Assembly (NCBI GenBank): GCA_014161675.1
Contig: GCA_014161675.1_4760.2
Source: a phage
Strand: one strand, 5' to 3'
DNA length: 53,227 nucleotides
Position numbers and translations under genes: made by a program. The notes under the pieces are model-generated. The model saw nothing but the letters and a program-made list of their open reading frames with translations, did no database searches and was not told the origin of the DNA. Shown here one piece after another: positions 17,204-25,958 of the stretch. Each line of letters begins with the position of its first letter. Positions within the stretch are counted from its first letter, which is position 1.

Positions 17204-17962
17204 TTACTTGCAAACGTATTGATCTACATCAATTGCTCCACCGAATGTGGGATGACGTTTTTCAAATCGAATAGTTCCGTCGTTTGGTTCGAAAACGGAG
17301 TATTCATATAGATCTTTCTTGCCAACATTCTTATAAAACCCGCCTTTAGTCATAACGGTTTCTTGTACGTTTGCTTTGTGTACGTTGTATTCGTCAATGT
17401 ATACAAAATCAACCATCTTCCCATTTTTAATGGTTACTTTAAGATCTCCTGGTTGATTTCCATATTTGGCATACAGTGGCGCTTCTTTAATTTTTGTGGA
17501 AATTCCATCTTTCATACTCCACTCATAACGAACGGTGCATTGATAGGTAAAAGTTTCGACCTTCGGTTCTTCCACCACTTTTTCTTCCTGTTTCGGTTGT
17601 TCTTCGTCAACCTTCACGGAAGTCTCTGAATCGCTTTCTGACGCAGTTTCTTCTTTAGGTAATACATTCATCAAGTTTTGGATTTGAGCGTTGTATACAG
17701 CCTCCAGTGGCTGAATCTGCCCGATATTGATCATTGTATCACGAACAGTTTTATTCCAGTTGCGTTGCTCTTGTTTCAGAGACGGATCAATCTTAACAGC
17801 TTTAACATATACTTCATGAAGTTTAGAGTCCAGTGCGGAGATTGACTCATTAGCACAAATAAACTTCTCTGATTTGGTAGTAGCTTTAGCGCAATCAAAG
17901 GACGCAGCATTAGCACCGAAAGCAGTAGCGGAAAGAACGATAGCAGCGATAATGTTTTTCAT
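17204..17962 (-). CDS. Secreted LprI-like protein (DUF1311-like N-domain plus Cys-bracketed C-terminal domain)
   Basis: 252 aa. Signal peptide MKNIIAAIVLSATAFGANA. Then ASFDCAKATTKSEKFICANESISALDSKLHEVY...QEQRNWNKTVRD, matching the DUF1311/LprI N-domain pattern. Ser/Glu-rich linker, then a C-terminal domain bracketed by Cys (YQCTVRY...QYVCK). Confidence 0.7.
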   Translation of the reverse strand: MKNIIAAIVLSATAFGANAASFDCAKATTKSEKFICANESISALDSKLHEVYVKAVKIDPSLKQEQRNWNKTVRDTMINIGQIQPLEAVYNAQIQNLMNVLPKEETASESDSETSVKVDEEQPKQEEKVVEEPKVETFTYQCTVRYEWSMKDGISTKIKEAPLYAKYGNQPGDLKVTIKNGKMVDFVYIDEYNVHKANVQETVMTKGGFYKNVGKKDLYEYSVFEPNDGTIRFEKRHPTFGGAIDVDQYVCK

Positions 17963-17996
17963 AATATATTCCTCAATGTTTTGTCTTGATGGGAGT

Positions 17997-18025
17997 ATCT
18001 TACTACTCCCTTAATCCGGTGTCAA
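17997..18025 (-). promoter_or_regulatory. Sigma70-type early promoter
   Basis: Minus strand TTGACA (18020-18025), 17-bp spacer, TAAGAT (17997-18002). The -10 lies inside the inverted repeat GGGAGTA/TACTCCC. Followed by GAGGAA and the ATG at 17962. Confidence 0.6.
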
Positions 18026-18032
18026 CTACTTT

Positions 18033-18245
18033 TTAATTTTTACCCGCTCGTGCATTAATACGCATTTTCTGCATAGCCATGATCTGGCTTACAGCTTCTT
18101 CTTTACGTTCTTGCGTGATAACGTGACCAGATTCCGCAAACTCTCCCGCAACTTCTTCTACGATCTCGCGAACTTGAGAACGTCCAAAGATGCGGTTTCC
18201 TTCGTAGCTCATAAACTCTGTTACTACTTGCTCGATAGATTTCAT
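18033..18245 (-). CDS. Hypothetical protein (70 aa)
   Basis: ORF with AGGAGA upstream and its own promoter. Confidence 0.5.
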   Translation of the reverse strand: MKSIEQVVTEFMSYEGNRIFGRSQVREIVEEVAGEFAESGHVITQERKEEAVSQIMAMQKMRINARAGKN

Positions 18246-18275
18246 GTGATTCTCCTTTCGTTTGTTATGGGAGTA

Positions 18276-18304
18276 TGTTACTACTCCCTTATCTTTACGT
18301 CAAC
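18276..18304 (-). promoter_or_regulatory. Sigma70-type early promoter
   Basis: Minus strand TTGACG (18299-18304), 17-bp spacer, TAACAT (18276-18281), embedded in the same GGGAGTA/TACTCCC inverted repeat. Confidence 0.6.
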
Positions 18305-18310
18305 TAGTTT

Positions 18311-18553
18311 TTAGAAATTTTTCGCTTCTTCTTCGGTCATCATCACCGCGCATTCGTGCATAACTTTGAAAACCGGGTCAATCATATCGAATGCTTCGCG
18401 AGACAATTTACGAGAAGCGATTTTGATTGCTTCAACGTCTTCTACTACAGGAACAAAAACAGTTTTCAGTTCGTCGAGCACGGCAGCTTCTTTTTCATTC
18501 AGGAAGATTCCAGCGTCGTACAATGCAACTTCGATAACATTAACTTTAACCAT
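18311..18553 (-). CDS. Hypothetical protein (81 aa)
   Basis: Start placed at the ATG (MVKVNVIEV...) preceded by GGAGGAAAT. The track's longer ORF starts at a TTG inside the promoter and is rejected. Confidence 0.5.
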   Translation of the reverse strand: MVKVNVIEVALYDAGIFLNEKEAAVLDELKTVFVPVVEDVEAIKIASRKLSREAFDMIDPVFKVMHECAVMMTEEEAKNF

Positions 18554-18587
18554 TTTTATTTCCTCCAGTTCGTTTCGGTATGGGAGT

Positions 18588-18616
18588 ATAATACTACCGA
18601 TGACCTTTGGCGTCAA
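18588..18616 (-). promoter_or_regulatory. Sigma70-type early promoter
   Basis: Minus strand TTGACG (18611-18616), 17-bp spacer, TATTAT (18588-18593), then ACTCCCATACC. Confidence 0.6.
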
Positions 18617-18817
18617 CTAGTTTTTGTTATTTCCGTGAAAATTTTTCGTCGCCTCATGTGCTTTTCGCTTGGCTTCTTGTTGTGTTTGCTGGCGTGCTGC
18701 CTCTTGTGAAGCCATAACGGAAGCATTTGCAGCAGTTACAGCCGCTACCATCGCTGCGGTATTAGCATTTACAGTACATGCGCTCGCCAACAAAGCAATC
18801 GCAATCATTTTCTTCAT
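18617..18817 (-). CDS. Small secreted or lipoprotein-like peptide (66 aa)
   Basis: N-terminal signal sequence MKKMIAIALLASAC with a possible lipobox Cys; Ala/Gln-rich mature part; AAGGGGAAA upstream. Confidence 0.5.
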   Translation of the reverse strand: MKKMIAIALLASACTVNANTAAMVAAVTAANASVMASQEAARQQTQQEAKRKAHEATKNFHGNNKN

Positions 18818-18984
18818 AGTTTCCCCTTTAGGTTATCTTCGACCTTCACCCATTCCGCGTATTCTTGCGCGGCTACTTTCGGATTTAGGCCGTCTTCGTA
18901 CATTGCATCAAGTAATTCTTTGTCGGTGGGCTTATACCCTAGATAAGCCTCCACCTGATTTTTCCAAATTTTATACCAGTTCAT
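18814..18984 (-). CDS. Hypothetical protein (57 aa)
   Basis: Start trimmed to the ATG at 18984 (MNWYKIW...) to remove overlap with the upstream gene. Confidence 0.35.
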   Translation of the reverse strand: MNWYKIWKNQVEAYLGYKPTDKELLDAMYEDGLNPKVAAQEYAEWVKVEDNLKGKL

Positions 18985-18988
18985 ATTA

Positions 18989-19261
18989 TCACCAATCAAG
19001 AGCGCGTGTCTCTGCGTCTTCCCATGCTTGACCCATAACAGCCTTGAAAACATATTCTAGAGTATCATCTTTAGAGAATCCGAAGACCTTAGACGGGATA
19101 TCTTCAATTGCTACTCCCGCAACTTCTGCATTACGCGCTTGGCAATAATGCAACTCTAAGTTATCGAGATAGCGACCGCCTAATTTCTCCATATCATCCC
19201 AGCATTTCCAGTAACCTACTTTATCGGCAATTGCTAACACCTTGCTGTTTTTGTTGCTCAT
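18989..19261 (-). CDS. Hypothetical protein (90 aa)
   Basis: Start placed at the ATG (MSNKNSKVLAI...) preceded by AAGGAGA. The track's longer ORF runs through the promoter. Confidence 0.5.
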   Translation of the reverse strand: MSNKNSKVLAIADKVGYWKCWDDMEKLGGRYLDNLELHYCQARNAEVAGVAIEDIPSKVFGFSKDDTLEYVFKAVMGQAWEDAETRALDW

Positions 19262-19292
19262 CTTTGATTCTCCTTTTGTTTGGTATGGGTGT

Positions 19293-19321
19293 ATTATGCA
19301 ATGCTGGATTTGTGAAGTCAA
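19293..19321 (-). promoter_or_regulatory. Sigma70-type early promoter
   Basis: Minus strand TTGACT (19316-19321), 17-bp spacer, CATAAT (19293-19298), then the ACACCCATACC variant of the shared box. Confidence 0.5.
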
Positions 19322-19370
19322 CAACTTTTTAAAATAAAAAGCCGACCACAAGGATCGGCTTAATAATCAG

Positions 19371-19766
19371 TTACTTACTAAATTTCTTTTTGGCTTCGTC
19401 TACTGCATGAGATGCCAGCACCGCTGCCGCATGTGCACTTTTATCTGTGTTGCAGAGAACACCCAGATAAACATCACGCCAAAGTTTAATCATCTCGTAG
19501 ATCATATCAATATCATTTTCTTGTTTGTTGGCGATGCTATTCGTCGTTATCTGGTAAGGCAACGGCTTGATCTGTACTGGTTCAGCCATCGGGCTAATCG
19601 GTTTCGGATCAGTCATAATAGGTGCTGTTGTTGGTGGTGTTTTCCATACGCCATTATTCCACGGTTTAATCGTTGTGTCGTAAAGTTTATAAGGATTTTT
19701 GTCTGGGTCAACCATCCACGCATGATGAGTACCCAAACCATTTGAAGTGATGCGTCGTTCAGTCAT
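19371..19766 (-). CDS. Hypothetical protein (131 aa)
   Basis: ORF in the early region. Confidence 0.45.
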   Translation of the reverse strand: MTERRITSNGLGTHHAWMVDPDKNPYKLYDTTIKPWNNGVWKTPPTTAPIMTDPKPISPMAEPVQIKPLPYQITTNSIANKQENDIDMIYEMIKLWRDVYLGVLCNTDKSAHAAAVLASHAVDEAKKKFSK

Positions 19767-19769
19767 AAT

Positions 19770-19973
19770 TTATTTCCTCTCTGAAAATTCTTTCATCAAG
19801 CTGTCGATCTTTGCTCTGTGTTCTGGTGTGTTTGTCATCTCTGCTAATTTGCTCAGAGATTCAATAGTGATCCGGTTGGCTTCTTCCATAGTCTCAACGA
19901 CCATTGGCACAATCTTTTTATTGTTGTACACAAATGCAATATAACCGCCTTCTGGATATTCTTTCATAATCAA
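19770..19973 (-). CDS. Hypothetical protein (67 aa)
   Basis: ORF; its start overlaps the gene 52 stop (ATGA). Confidence 0.45.
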   Translation of the reverse strand: MIMKEYPEGGYIAFVYNNKKIVPMVVETMEEANRITIESLSKLAEMTNTPEHRAKIDSLMKEFSERK

Positions 19974-21331
19974 CCCTTCTTAAGTTCTTTAAGATCTTTC
20001 TTATATTCCTTCATTGCGGTCGTCTTTGTCCAATACTCATATTCACTATGATGTTTATCGGCATCTTTGACCAGTCGATCATACTCTTCTTGAGTAACGC
20101 TATACAATGGCATAGAAACTAGCTTATCGGCGTATGGACGCAGTTTTTCATGTCCATTGATGGATTGCATTACCTCGGCCTTTTTCTTGCCCTGTAGCTC
20201 GATTTCGCCCTTAATTACGCGGTCGATAAATTCGGCTTTAGCCATTGCATAATTGTATGCTTCCAGCGTTTCCGCTTGCATCAATTCAATGCGTTTATCG
20301 ACATACCCTAATCGGATTTCGACGAATCGACGGATCAGATCGCTCGCTTTCTCGAATACTTCTACTAAACCACGTTCATTAACCACTACGATATTCTGGG
20401 CTACTAACTGTGTTAGTTTAAAATCCTTCATGATTTGCTCATGTCGAGCGGATTCATCTTCGCTTTTGAAATAATCGCGTTTCAGTGTTACTTCAAATCT
20501 GAATCCATCCTTAGAGCAACGGTCATTATATGAGACAATCAGATCTTTTTCTTCCAGTGCATCCAGTACCGCTACATATTCTTCACGGTCGAACTTATAA
20601 GGAACTTCTGATATTGTCAGTTTAGTCTTGCCGTTTAGTTCATATGTACCCTCAAGAATCACACCATCGCGATCATCTCTCGGGATAACTTTACCCGTGA
20701 ATTTCGGGAATTGAACATTAGGTTCTTTATCCAGTTTTCCGGCAAGTGCTAGCTCTGTGCATTCAATGAGGCTTTCCAGTGAATGCGGTAAAATGTCAGT
20801 TTTATACCCTGAAGCAATACCACTAATACCATTAGCCAATACCATTGGCACAACTGGCAAGTAGAACGCTGGCGGGATGTGTTCCAGATCTTCGTGCTTA
20901 GGTGCGCAATTCATATCTTTATAGATTTTAAAGAAGTTTTCATGCACACGAGCAAAGATATAACGTGCCGCTCCTGCTTTCTGGACTAAACGCGATCCGA
21001 AGTTACCTTGACCGTCAAGTAGTGGAGTATTATTGCTCCATGTATTCGCCATGAGTGATCCGGCTTCTACGGCATTAGTTTCGCCGTGGTGATACCCCAA
21101 CTCAGCGACACCAGATCCAATATCTGCCATCTTACGGAATTTCTTACGGTCGCCTTTACTCTTTTGCAAAGCACATTCCATAACAAAGCGTTGCACTGGT
21201 TTAAGCCCATCCACTAATTGAGGAATCCCGCGTTCCTCGGCAGAATAGATCGCATATTCCTTAGCTTCATTATGTACAATGCTTTCAAGGCTGCGGTAAG
21301 TAACTGATTTATTCATCTTCACCTCATACAC
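19970..21331 (-). CDS. 52: DNA topoisomerase II medium subunit gp52
   Basis: 453 aa; recalled T4 gp52 similarity (DGLKPVQRF, GYHHGE, MANTW...PLLDGQGNFGSR, ARYIFAR, IPPAFYLP, KIMKDF). Confidence 0.92.
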   Translation of the reverse strand: MYEVKMNKSVTYRSLESIVHNEAKEYAIYSAEERGIPQLVDGLKPVQRFVMECALQKSKGDRKKFRKMADIGSGVAELGYHHGETNAVEAGSLMANTWSNNTPLLDGQGNFGSRLVQKAGAARYIFARVHENFFKIYKDMNCAPKHEDLEHIPPAFYLPVVPMVLANGISGIASGYKTDILPHSLESLIECTELALAGKLDKEPNVQFPKFTGKVIPRDDRDGVILEGTYELNGKTKLTISEVPYKFDREEYVAVLDALEEKDLIVSYNDRCSKDGFRFEVTLKRDYFKSEDESARHEQIMKDFKLTQLVAQNIVVVNERGLVEVFEKASDLIRRFVEIRLGYVDKRIELMQAETLEAYNYAMAKAEFIDRVIKGEIELQGKKKAEVMQSINGHEKLRPYADKLVSMPLYSVTQEEYDRLVKDADKHHSEYEYWTKTTAMKEYKKDLKELKKG

Positions 21332-21686
21332 GCTTACAAATCACATTCTTTACTTTATCAGATTTATCAGCCCAATCCAATAGCCATTTTAACGGAAGGA
21401 TTGACACAATAAACGGGGCAGCAATCAAAGCAAACATGATACACCTGATAATCAGGAAAACGCAAGTGACAAAACTAGCGATAGTGATCCCGACAAAACA
21501 AAATACCATAGAAAACAGAGTAATGATATAGAAAGGCCAGAATACCCACTCCCGCATCTTAACGCCTTTGTATTCTCTGAATTGCTTAAAATCTACAAAC
21601 AACTCTCGGATAGACGCGTACAGGACCGAAAAATCATCTTTCATTGCTCTGAATGAGCAATCTTCTATTTTAGAATGACCTAGCAT
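21324..21686 (-). CDS. Small integral membrane protein (120 aa)
   Basis: Two long hydrophobic segments (FWPFYIITLFSMVFCFVGITIASFV, IMFALIAAPFIVSILPL). Confidence 0.45.
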   Translation of the reverse strand: MLGHSKIEDCSFRAMKDDFSVLYASIRELFVDFKQFREYKGVKMREWVFWPFYIITLFSMVFCFVGITIASFVTCVFLIIRCIMFALIAAPFIVSILPLKWLLDWADKSDKVKNVICKRV

Positions 21687-21688
21687 TA

Positions 21689-21982
21689 TTAACCGCCTTT
21701 AACCATTGATACAGGAATTGTTTTCTGATTTGTGTATAAGTGGCCTACTTCAATTTTTTCTTGAATCACCACGACGTTACAATATCCACTGTCTTTAAGT
21801 TTTCTGATAATGACTCGCTTTTGTTCGTCGGTGATAGGATTGACTGTTCTCACCAATTCACCGCAAATAATAGCACCATCTTTACAATTACCAGTAACTT
21901 TCATGCTACGACCGTGAACAACAACCACGTCACCGTAAATCACATTTTCGTCGTCGTATTTGGTAATAACCGTGACCGTCAT
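21689..21982 (-). CDS. Hypothetical protein (97 aa)
   Basis: ORF with GAGGGAAT upstream, preceded by the GGCCGC-GCAAA-GCGGCC hairpin. Confidence 0.45.
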   Translation of the reverse strand: MTVTVITKYDDENVIYGDVVVVHGRSMKVTGNCKDGAIICGELVRTVNPITDEQKRVIIRKLKDSGYCNVVVIQEKIEVGHLYTNQKTIPVSMVKGG

Positions 21983-22027
21983 AATGTATTCCCTCTAAGA
22001 AAGGCCGCGCAAAGCGGCCTATGTTGA

Positions 22028-22354
22028 TTATTGTTCTACAGTATAACCGTTGTTTTCAAGCCATGCAATAACAGTCTTTTCGCCAATTTCATCGAGCATT
22101 TCATCAGCGCCATATTCTTTAATGAAAGTCGATGGATCATTATTGCTTACTACGTGCTGGATCACAACATGTTCAGGAATTGCGTCTAGTAGTTCGCTAT
22201 GATCATACTCATTAACGATATCTTCAACACTAACATTATTAACCAAATCAACATCATCCATAGTCACAGTAACGCGACCGGACGGACGCAATGAATATTG
22301 GCTACTTTCAACTTCAACATGTGCACTTTCGCAAGTAACTTTCATATCAACCAT
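22028..22354 (-). CDS. Hypothetical acidic protein (108 aa)
   Basis: ORF immediately downstream of rIIB. Confidence 0.45.
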   Translation of the reverse strand: MVDMKVTCESAHVEVESSQYSLRPSGRVTVTMDDVDLVNNVSVEDIVNEYDHSELLDAIPEHVVIQHVVSNNDPSTFIKEYGADEMLDEIGEKTVIAWLENNGYTVEQ

Positions 22355-22368
22355 AATTAATTCCTCTG

Positions 22369-23370
22369 TTAGTAATGGCTAAAACCTTCGGTTACATCTT
22401 CAACCACATAGTAACGATGACAGCGCATTTTGGCATTCGCATAATCTTTCGGGATACTTACAACGTGACGCGGATCAACTTTACATTTAATGATTCGGCC
22501 TCGTCCACCGCCATAGTGCGGAATATAGTGTTTAGCTGCAACGTGGAGGCCATTAGAGCAAGTGCGATCATCATCTGGGTCCACGTCTTTACGATTCATT
22601 TTAACCGTGCGACCTGGGCTATTATCAAACGTATGCGTAAAGAAATCTTTATAATCAACATCAACACGTTTCCATGCATAGAAACAACCATCTTCCACGA
22701 TCTCAATGTCGTTGTGCTCTAAGAAGTCAAATAGACGATCTACGGCCTTACGGCTAGGGTTTTTCTTGCACTTCTCAAAGAAGTTCAGATAGTGCGTATA
22801 TGGCTTATTCTCTTTAATCGACTCCACAACTCGACGAGTCAGATTATTATCAAGAACAATATTATGATAATACACAATACCATTTTCGATACGGAAAGCT
22901 CCGTGATAATATACTTCAACCGCTTTCTTAATGTCAATCAGCGTAATAGCTTTGATGAAATCATTATGTTTAATCGCTTCCAGTGCTTCATTAAAGTTAA
23001 CATGCGATGGATCAGCAGTATAAACAATGTCACCACATGTAATAGTAATAAACTTAGTTGAGGCTATTGCTACGATTTTTGAGGAAGTAGTCACGGGCTT
23101 TTTTGCGCGTTCACCGCCTTTTCCTTTACTGGTTTTACGGCGTGCTTTACGTTTTTCTAGTGCCTTGCGACCTTCCGCTACTGCGTCTTTCTGAATCAGT
23201 AATACACGGGAGGCAGTACGACGAGATACCCCAAATGCTGCCGCAAGTGCTTCGCGGGTAGTAAACTTACCTTCGCCCCACTGTTTAGCCAGTTTGATTT
23301 GTTTCGCAGAATCCAGGCATTGAACGTTACGGTCAGAGACGGTGATTTTTGCTTTAGTCATAGTATTCAT
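22369..23370 (-). CDS. rIIB: rIIB protein
   Basis: 333 aa; recalled T4 rIIB similarity (N-terminal HTH, RLFDFLEHNDIEI, FYAWK, TFDNSPG, CSNGLHV, HPRDVVSIP, YANAKMR, YVVEDVTE). Confidence 0.88.
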   Translation of the reverse strand: MNTMTKAKITVSDRNVQCLDSAKQIKLAKQWGEGKFTTREALAAAFGVSRRTASRVLLIQKDAVAEGRKALEKRKARRKTSKGKGGERAKKPVTTSSKIVAIASTKFITITCGDIVYTADPSHVNFNEALEAIKHNDFIKAITLIDIKKAVEVYYHGAFRIENGIVYYHNIVLDNNLTRRVVESIKENKPYTHYLNFFEKCKKNPSRKAVDRLFDFLEHNDIEIVEDGCFYAWKRVDVDYKDFFTHTFDNSPGRTVKMNRKDVDPDDDRTCSNGLHVAAKHYIPHYGGGRGRIIKCKVDPRHVVSIPKDYANAKMRCHRYYVVEDVTEGFSHY

Positions 23371-23423
23371 TCCTCTATTAGTTGGGCGACTCTCGCCGCC
23401 CGATTCACATCATTATACCAGAA

Positions 23424-23555
23424 TTATTTTGCTTCTACAACCTTGCGGATTGTGCGGTCTGATACATTATAGATTCGTGCCAGTTCGCCTTTAGTCAAGC
23501 CGCGAGCGTATTGTTTACGGATTGTTTCTTTCTGGATAGCGGTCAGTTTAGTCAT
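23424..23555 (-). CDS. 43-aa helix-turn-helix micro-ORF between rIIA and rIIB
   Basis: Below the track's 60-aa cutoff. ATG at 23553-23555 is preceded by AAGAGGTGA, which overlaps the rIIA stop. Translation MTKLTAIQKETIRKQYARGLTKGELARIYNVSDRTIRKVVEAK resembles the rIIB N-terminal HTH. Confidence 0.45.
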   Translation of the reverse strand: MTKLTAIQKETIRKQYARGLTKGELARIYNVSDRTIRKVVEAK

Positions 23556-23566
23556 AATATCACCTC

Positions 23567-25675
23567 TTAAAATTTAACATTCTTAACCAGTTTCATAAAG
23601 TCTTGTGCGCGTTTGTCATTATGCAGAATACGATACCAGTTATCTACAATATCATACAGTAACGGGCTATTCTCTTTAAACTTCGCACAAACTGCTTTAA
23701 TTCGTTCGTTTGCTACCGTGAATTTTTCATCACAAATCTTTTTAGTTTCTTCGTCCATAATCCAACGAGTACGAAGGAGTAACTTGGAAACCTCTTTATT
23801 ATAATGACGACCGTACAGTCTGTCAATAAATTCTGGAACACAGCGTTCTAGTTCATCGTCATGAAACAACATAGTGATCACACCCAGATATTCGCCATAC
23901 CCCAGATGATTGGTCTTAACCTTCTTAGCCAGACCAGCCAGCTTACCGCGAACAAATTCTAGCGCACATTCCAATTGTTCGTCAACGAGATATTTTTGTG
24001 TCTCGTTTCGAGTAATAATATACTTTGTTACCCCGAAGTAGTCAAGCGCCGTGTGTAATGTATTTTCACTATGGATCGATTTACGACTACGGCTTTCGAA
24101 TGCATCACCTACGCGGAACATGTGCAAGCCTGATAACTCGCGAATCTCTGCCGCTTTCATGTGATGGCTGGTTTTATGCCAACTGTCACCAATCTTTTCC
24201 ATGATATACACGTTAGGCAGCTTAGGAGTCGCTTCACGTTGTGTACGCTCGGTCTTCTCCGGTTTAACTGCTTTAGCACGCAGATCATCGGCCTCAGAAA
24301 CTTTAATCACGGTCATTTCAGAATCATCATAATACTGTTTGATGTACTCGAAAGTTTCCATATGTTTTTCGTTGCGCTGACGGAACACCAGTACCTTTTT
24401 ATTGATGCCGTATTCCTGGACCATACCGTTAAGAGTCAGTGCGCGTAGTTTCGGTTTATCGGTATCATCAATAAGACACATAATATCTTCTTTATGCATC
24501 CATACAAAATGCGTAATGTTGTATTGACTGCTAACGAAAGCAGGGCGCAATTTACTGATTGTGTGACGAGTACGATACAGAGTATACACCTGACCTTCTA
24601 CGTCATTAGGCGAATCTTTACCCGCATTCACAAACTTATTATAGATTGCTACCGGATCGTCCCATTGTCCGATCTTACCCATCTTGCTAATAATATTGCG
24701 TTGAGTCGATGAATACTCGCTCATAAATTGCGCAAGTTTACGCTCTGTTTTAATGTTGGCGATCTTCTCTTTAACCTTTTCCAACATCATTTCATTGATT
24801 TCTGCAATACGTTTTTCGATGTTCGCTTTAGTCTCAATTGACAAGTGAACTTCTTCACGCGATGGCATCAGGTCCAGATCACCCAACTCAAAATTAATGT
24901 AAATGGTCTGGTGCTGGCGGTTTACAGCTTCTAACCATGTTCCGCGAACATATTCATACGGGATCGGATACTGGATCTTACCCATGATTGCATATACTAC
25001 ATAGGAATCGTTATCACGCCCATTACAAACATAATAATTATCAAAGCTAGGGAAATAATTAATTTCGATTGCATTGATATTAGGTTTGTGTTCCCCAAAA
25101 TGACGCAGTACAAATTGCGCTTCTCGATGCCATGTCTGAATGTCTTTTTCTTTCACTGGAATAGTGATTTTCAGACCATTGTCTTCATAGGTCGGTTCGT
25201 CGAAAATCTGCACCATTTTCGGCATAGAGTTTTGCACAAATGCCGTAAAGCCATAAGCGCGACCATTGTAATAGTTTACGATTGTAAAGGTGTCAGTGTA
25301 GCTATAAGCAGATTTCGCACCTAAACCAAAAGACCCGATATAGTCATTAGTCTGGTCTTTTGTTGATTCAAAGTAAACCGTAAACAGTTGTTCTAATTCT
25401 TTCTTAGACGGAATACCAGTACCATAATCACGCACAGAGAAATACGGTTCGATTGCAGTCGGTAAATGAATGTCAAACGGACGATCTAAGGTTCCGGCTT
25501 CTTTGTGAGTGTCGGTAGCATTGCACGAATACTCACGGACGCAAGCACGCTCACAATATTGATAAGTGTTCTTAGAAAGCACCATAAAAGCCTTGCTACT
25601 TGCTTTCAGTGAAAAATCAACCGCACCGCTCAAGTCACTGCCAAATACTTCTTCATTATCAATATGCATTTTCAT
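23567..25675 (-). CDS. rIIA: rIIA protein (GHKL-type ATPase domain)
   Basis: 702 aa; GHKL-type motifs (VRDYGTGIP, GSFGLGAKSAY); size and position next to rIIB match T4 rIIA. Confidence 0.85.
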   Translation of the reverse strand: MKMHIDNEEVFGSDLSGAVDFSLKASSKAFMVLSKNTYQYCERACVREYSCNATDTHKEAGTLDRPFDIHLPTAIEPYFSVRDYGTGIPSKKELEQLFTVYFESTKDQTNDYIGSFGLGAKSAYSYTDTFTIVNYYNGRAYGFTAFVQNSMPKMVQIFDEPTYEDNGLKITIPVKEKDIQTWHREAQFVLRHFGEHKPNINAIEINYFPSFDNYYVCNGRDNDSYVVYAIMGKIQYPIPYEYVRGTWLEAVNRQHQTIYINFELGDLDLMPSREEVHLSIETKANIEKRIAEINEMMLEKVKEKIANIKTERKLAQFMSEYSSTQRNIISKMGKIGQWDDPVAIYNKFVNAGKDSPNDVEGQVYTLYRTRHTISKLRPAFVSSQYNITHFVWMHKEDIMCLIDDTDKPKLRALTLNGMVQEYGINKKVLVFRQRNEKHMETFEYIKQYYDDSEMTVIKVSEADDLRAKAVKPEKTERTQREATPKLPNVYIMEKIGDSWHKTSHHMKAAEIRELSGLHMFRVGDAFESRSRKSIHSENTLHTALDYFGVTKYIITRNETQKYLVDEQLECALEFVRGKLAGLAKKVKTNHLGYGEYLGVITMLFHDDELERCVPEFIDRLYGRHYNKEVSKLLLRTRWIMDEETKKICDEKFTVANERIKAVCAKFKENSPLLYDIVDNWYRILHNDKRAQDFMKLVKNVKF

Positions 25676-25689
25676 AATATAATCCTCAC

Positions 25690-25947
25690 TTAATTAAAAT
25701 CTTCTTTGTCCATCTCTGCGTAGATTACATCCCACGCCCATAAATCAATAAACGCATTATATGTCACGGTGCAATCGTTGTCAATCACTTCTTTCGCATA
25801 TTTCTTGATGTTTTCGTAGGAAACTTGCGGGTCAATTTTGTGTTTACGAAGGTGCGCATATTCATATCTCAGACATTTCATAAACAGGTCCATCGATTTC
25901 TTTTCTCGATGACACTTGGCGATCATAAAATCAAAACTTCGACTCAT
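25690..25947 (-). CDS. Hypothetical protein (85 aa)
   Basis: ORF downstream of rIIA. Confidence 0.45.
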   Translation of the reverse strand: MSRSFDFMIAKCHREKKSMDLFMKCLRYEYAHLRKHKIDPQVSYENIKKYAKEVIDNDCTVTYNAFIDLWAWDVIYAEMDKEDFN

Positions 25948-25958
25948 TTTTCTACTCC

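Noticed and set aside
18554-18616. N-terminal extension of ORF 18311..18616 from a TTG start
   Set aside because: The extension lies within the -10/-35 of the promoter; the internal ATG has a GGAGG site.
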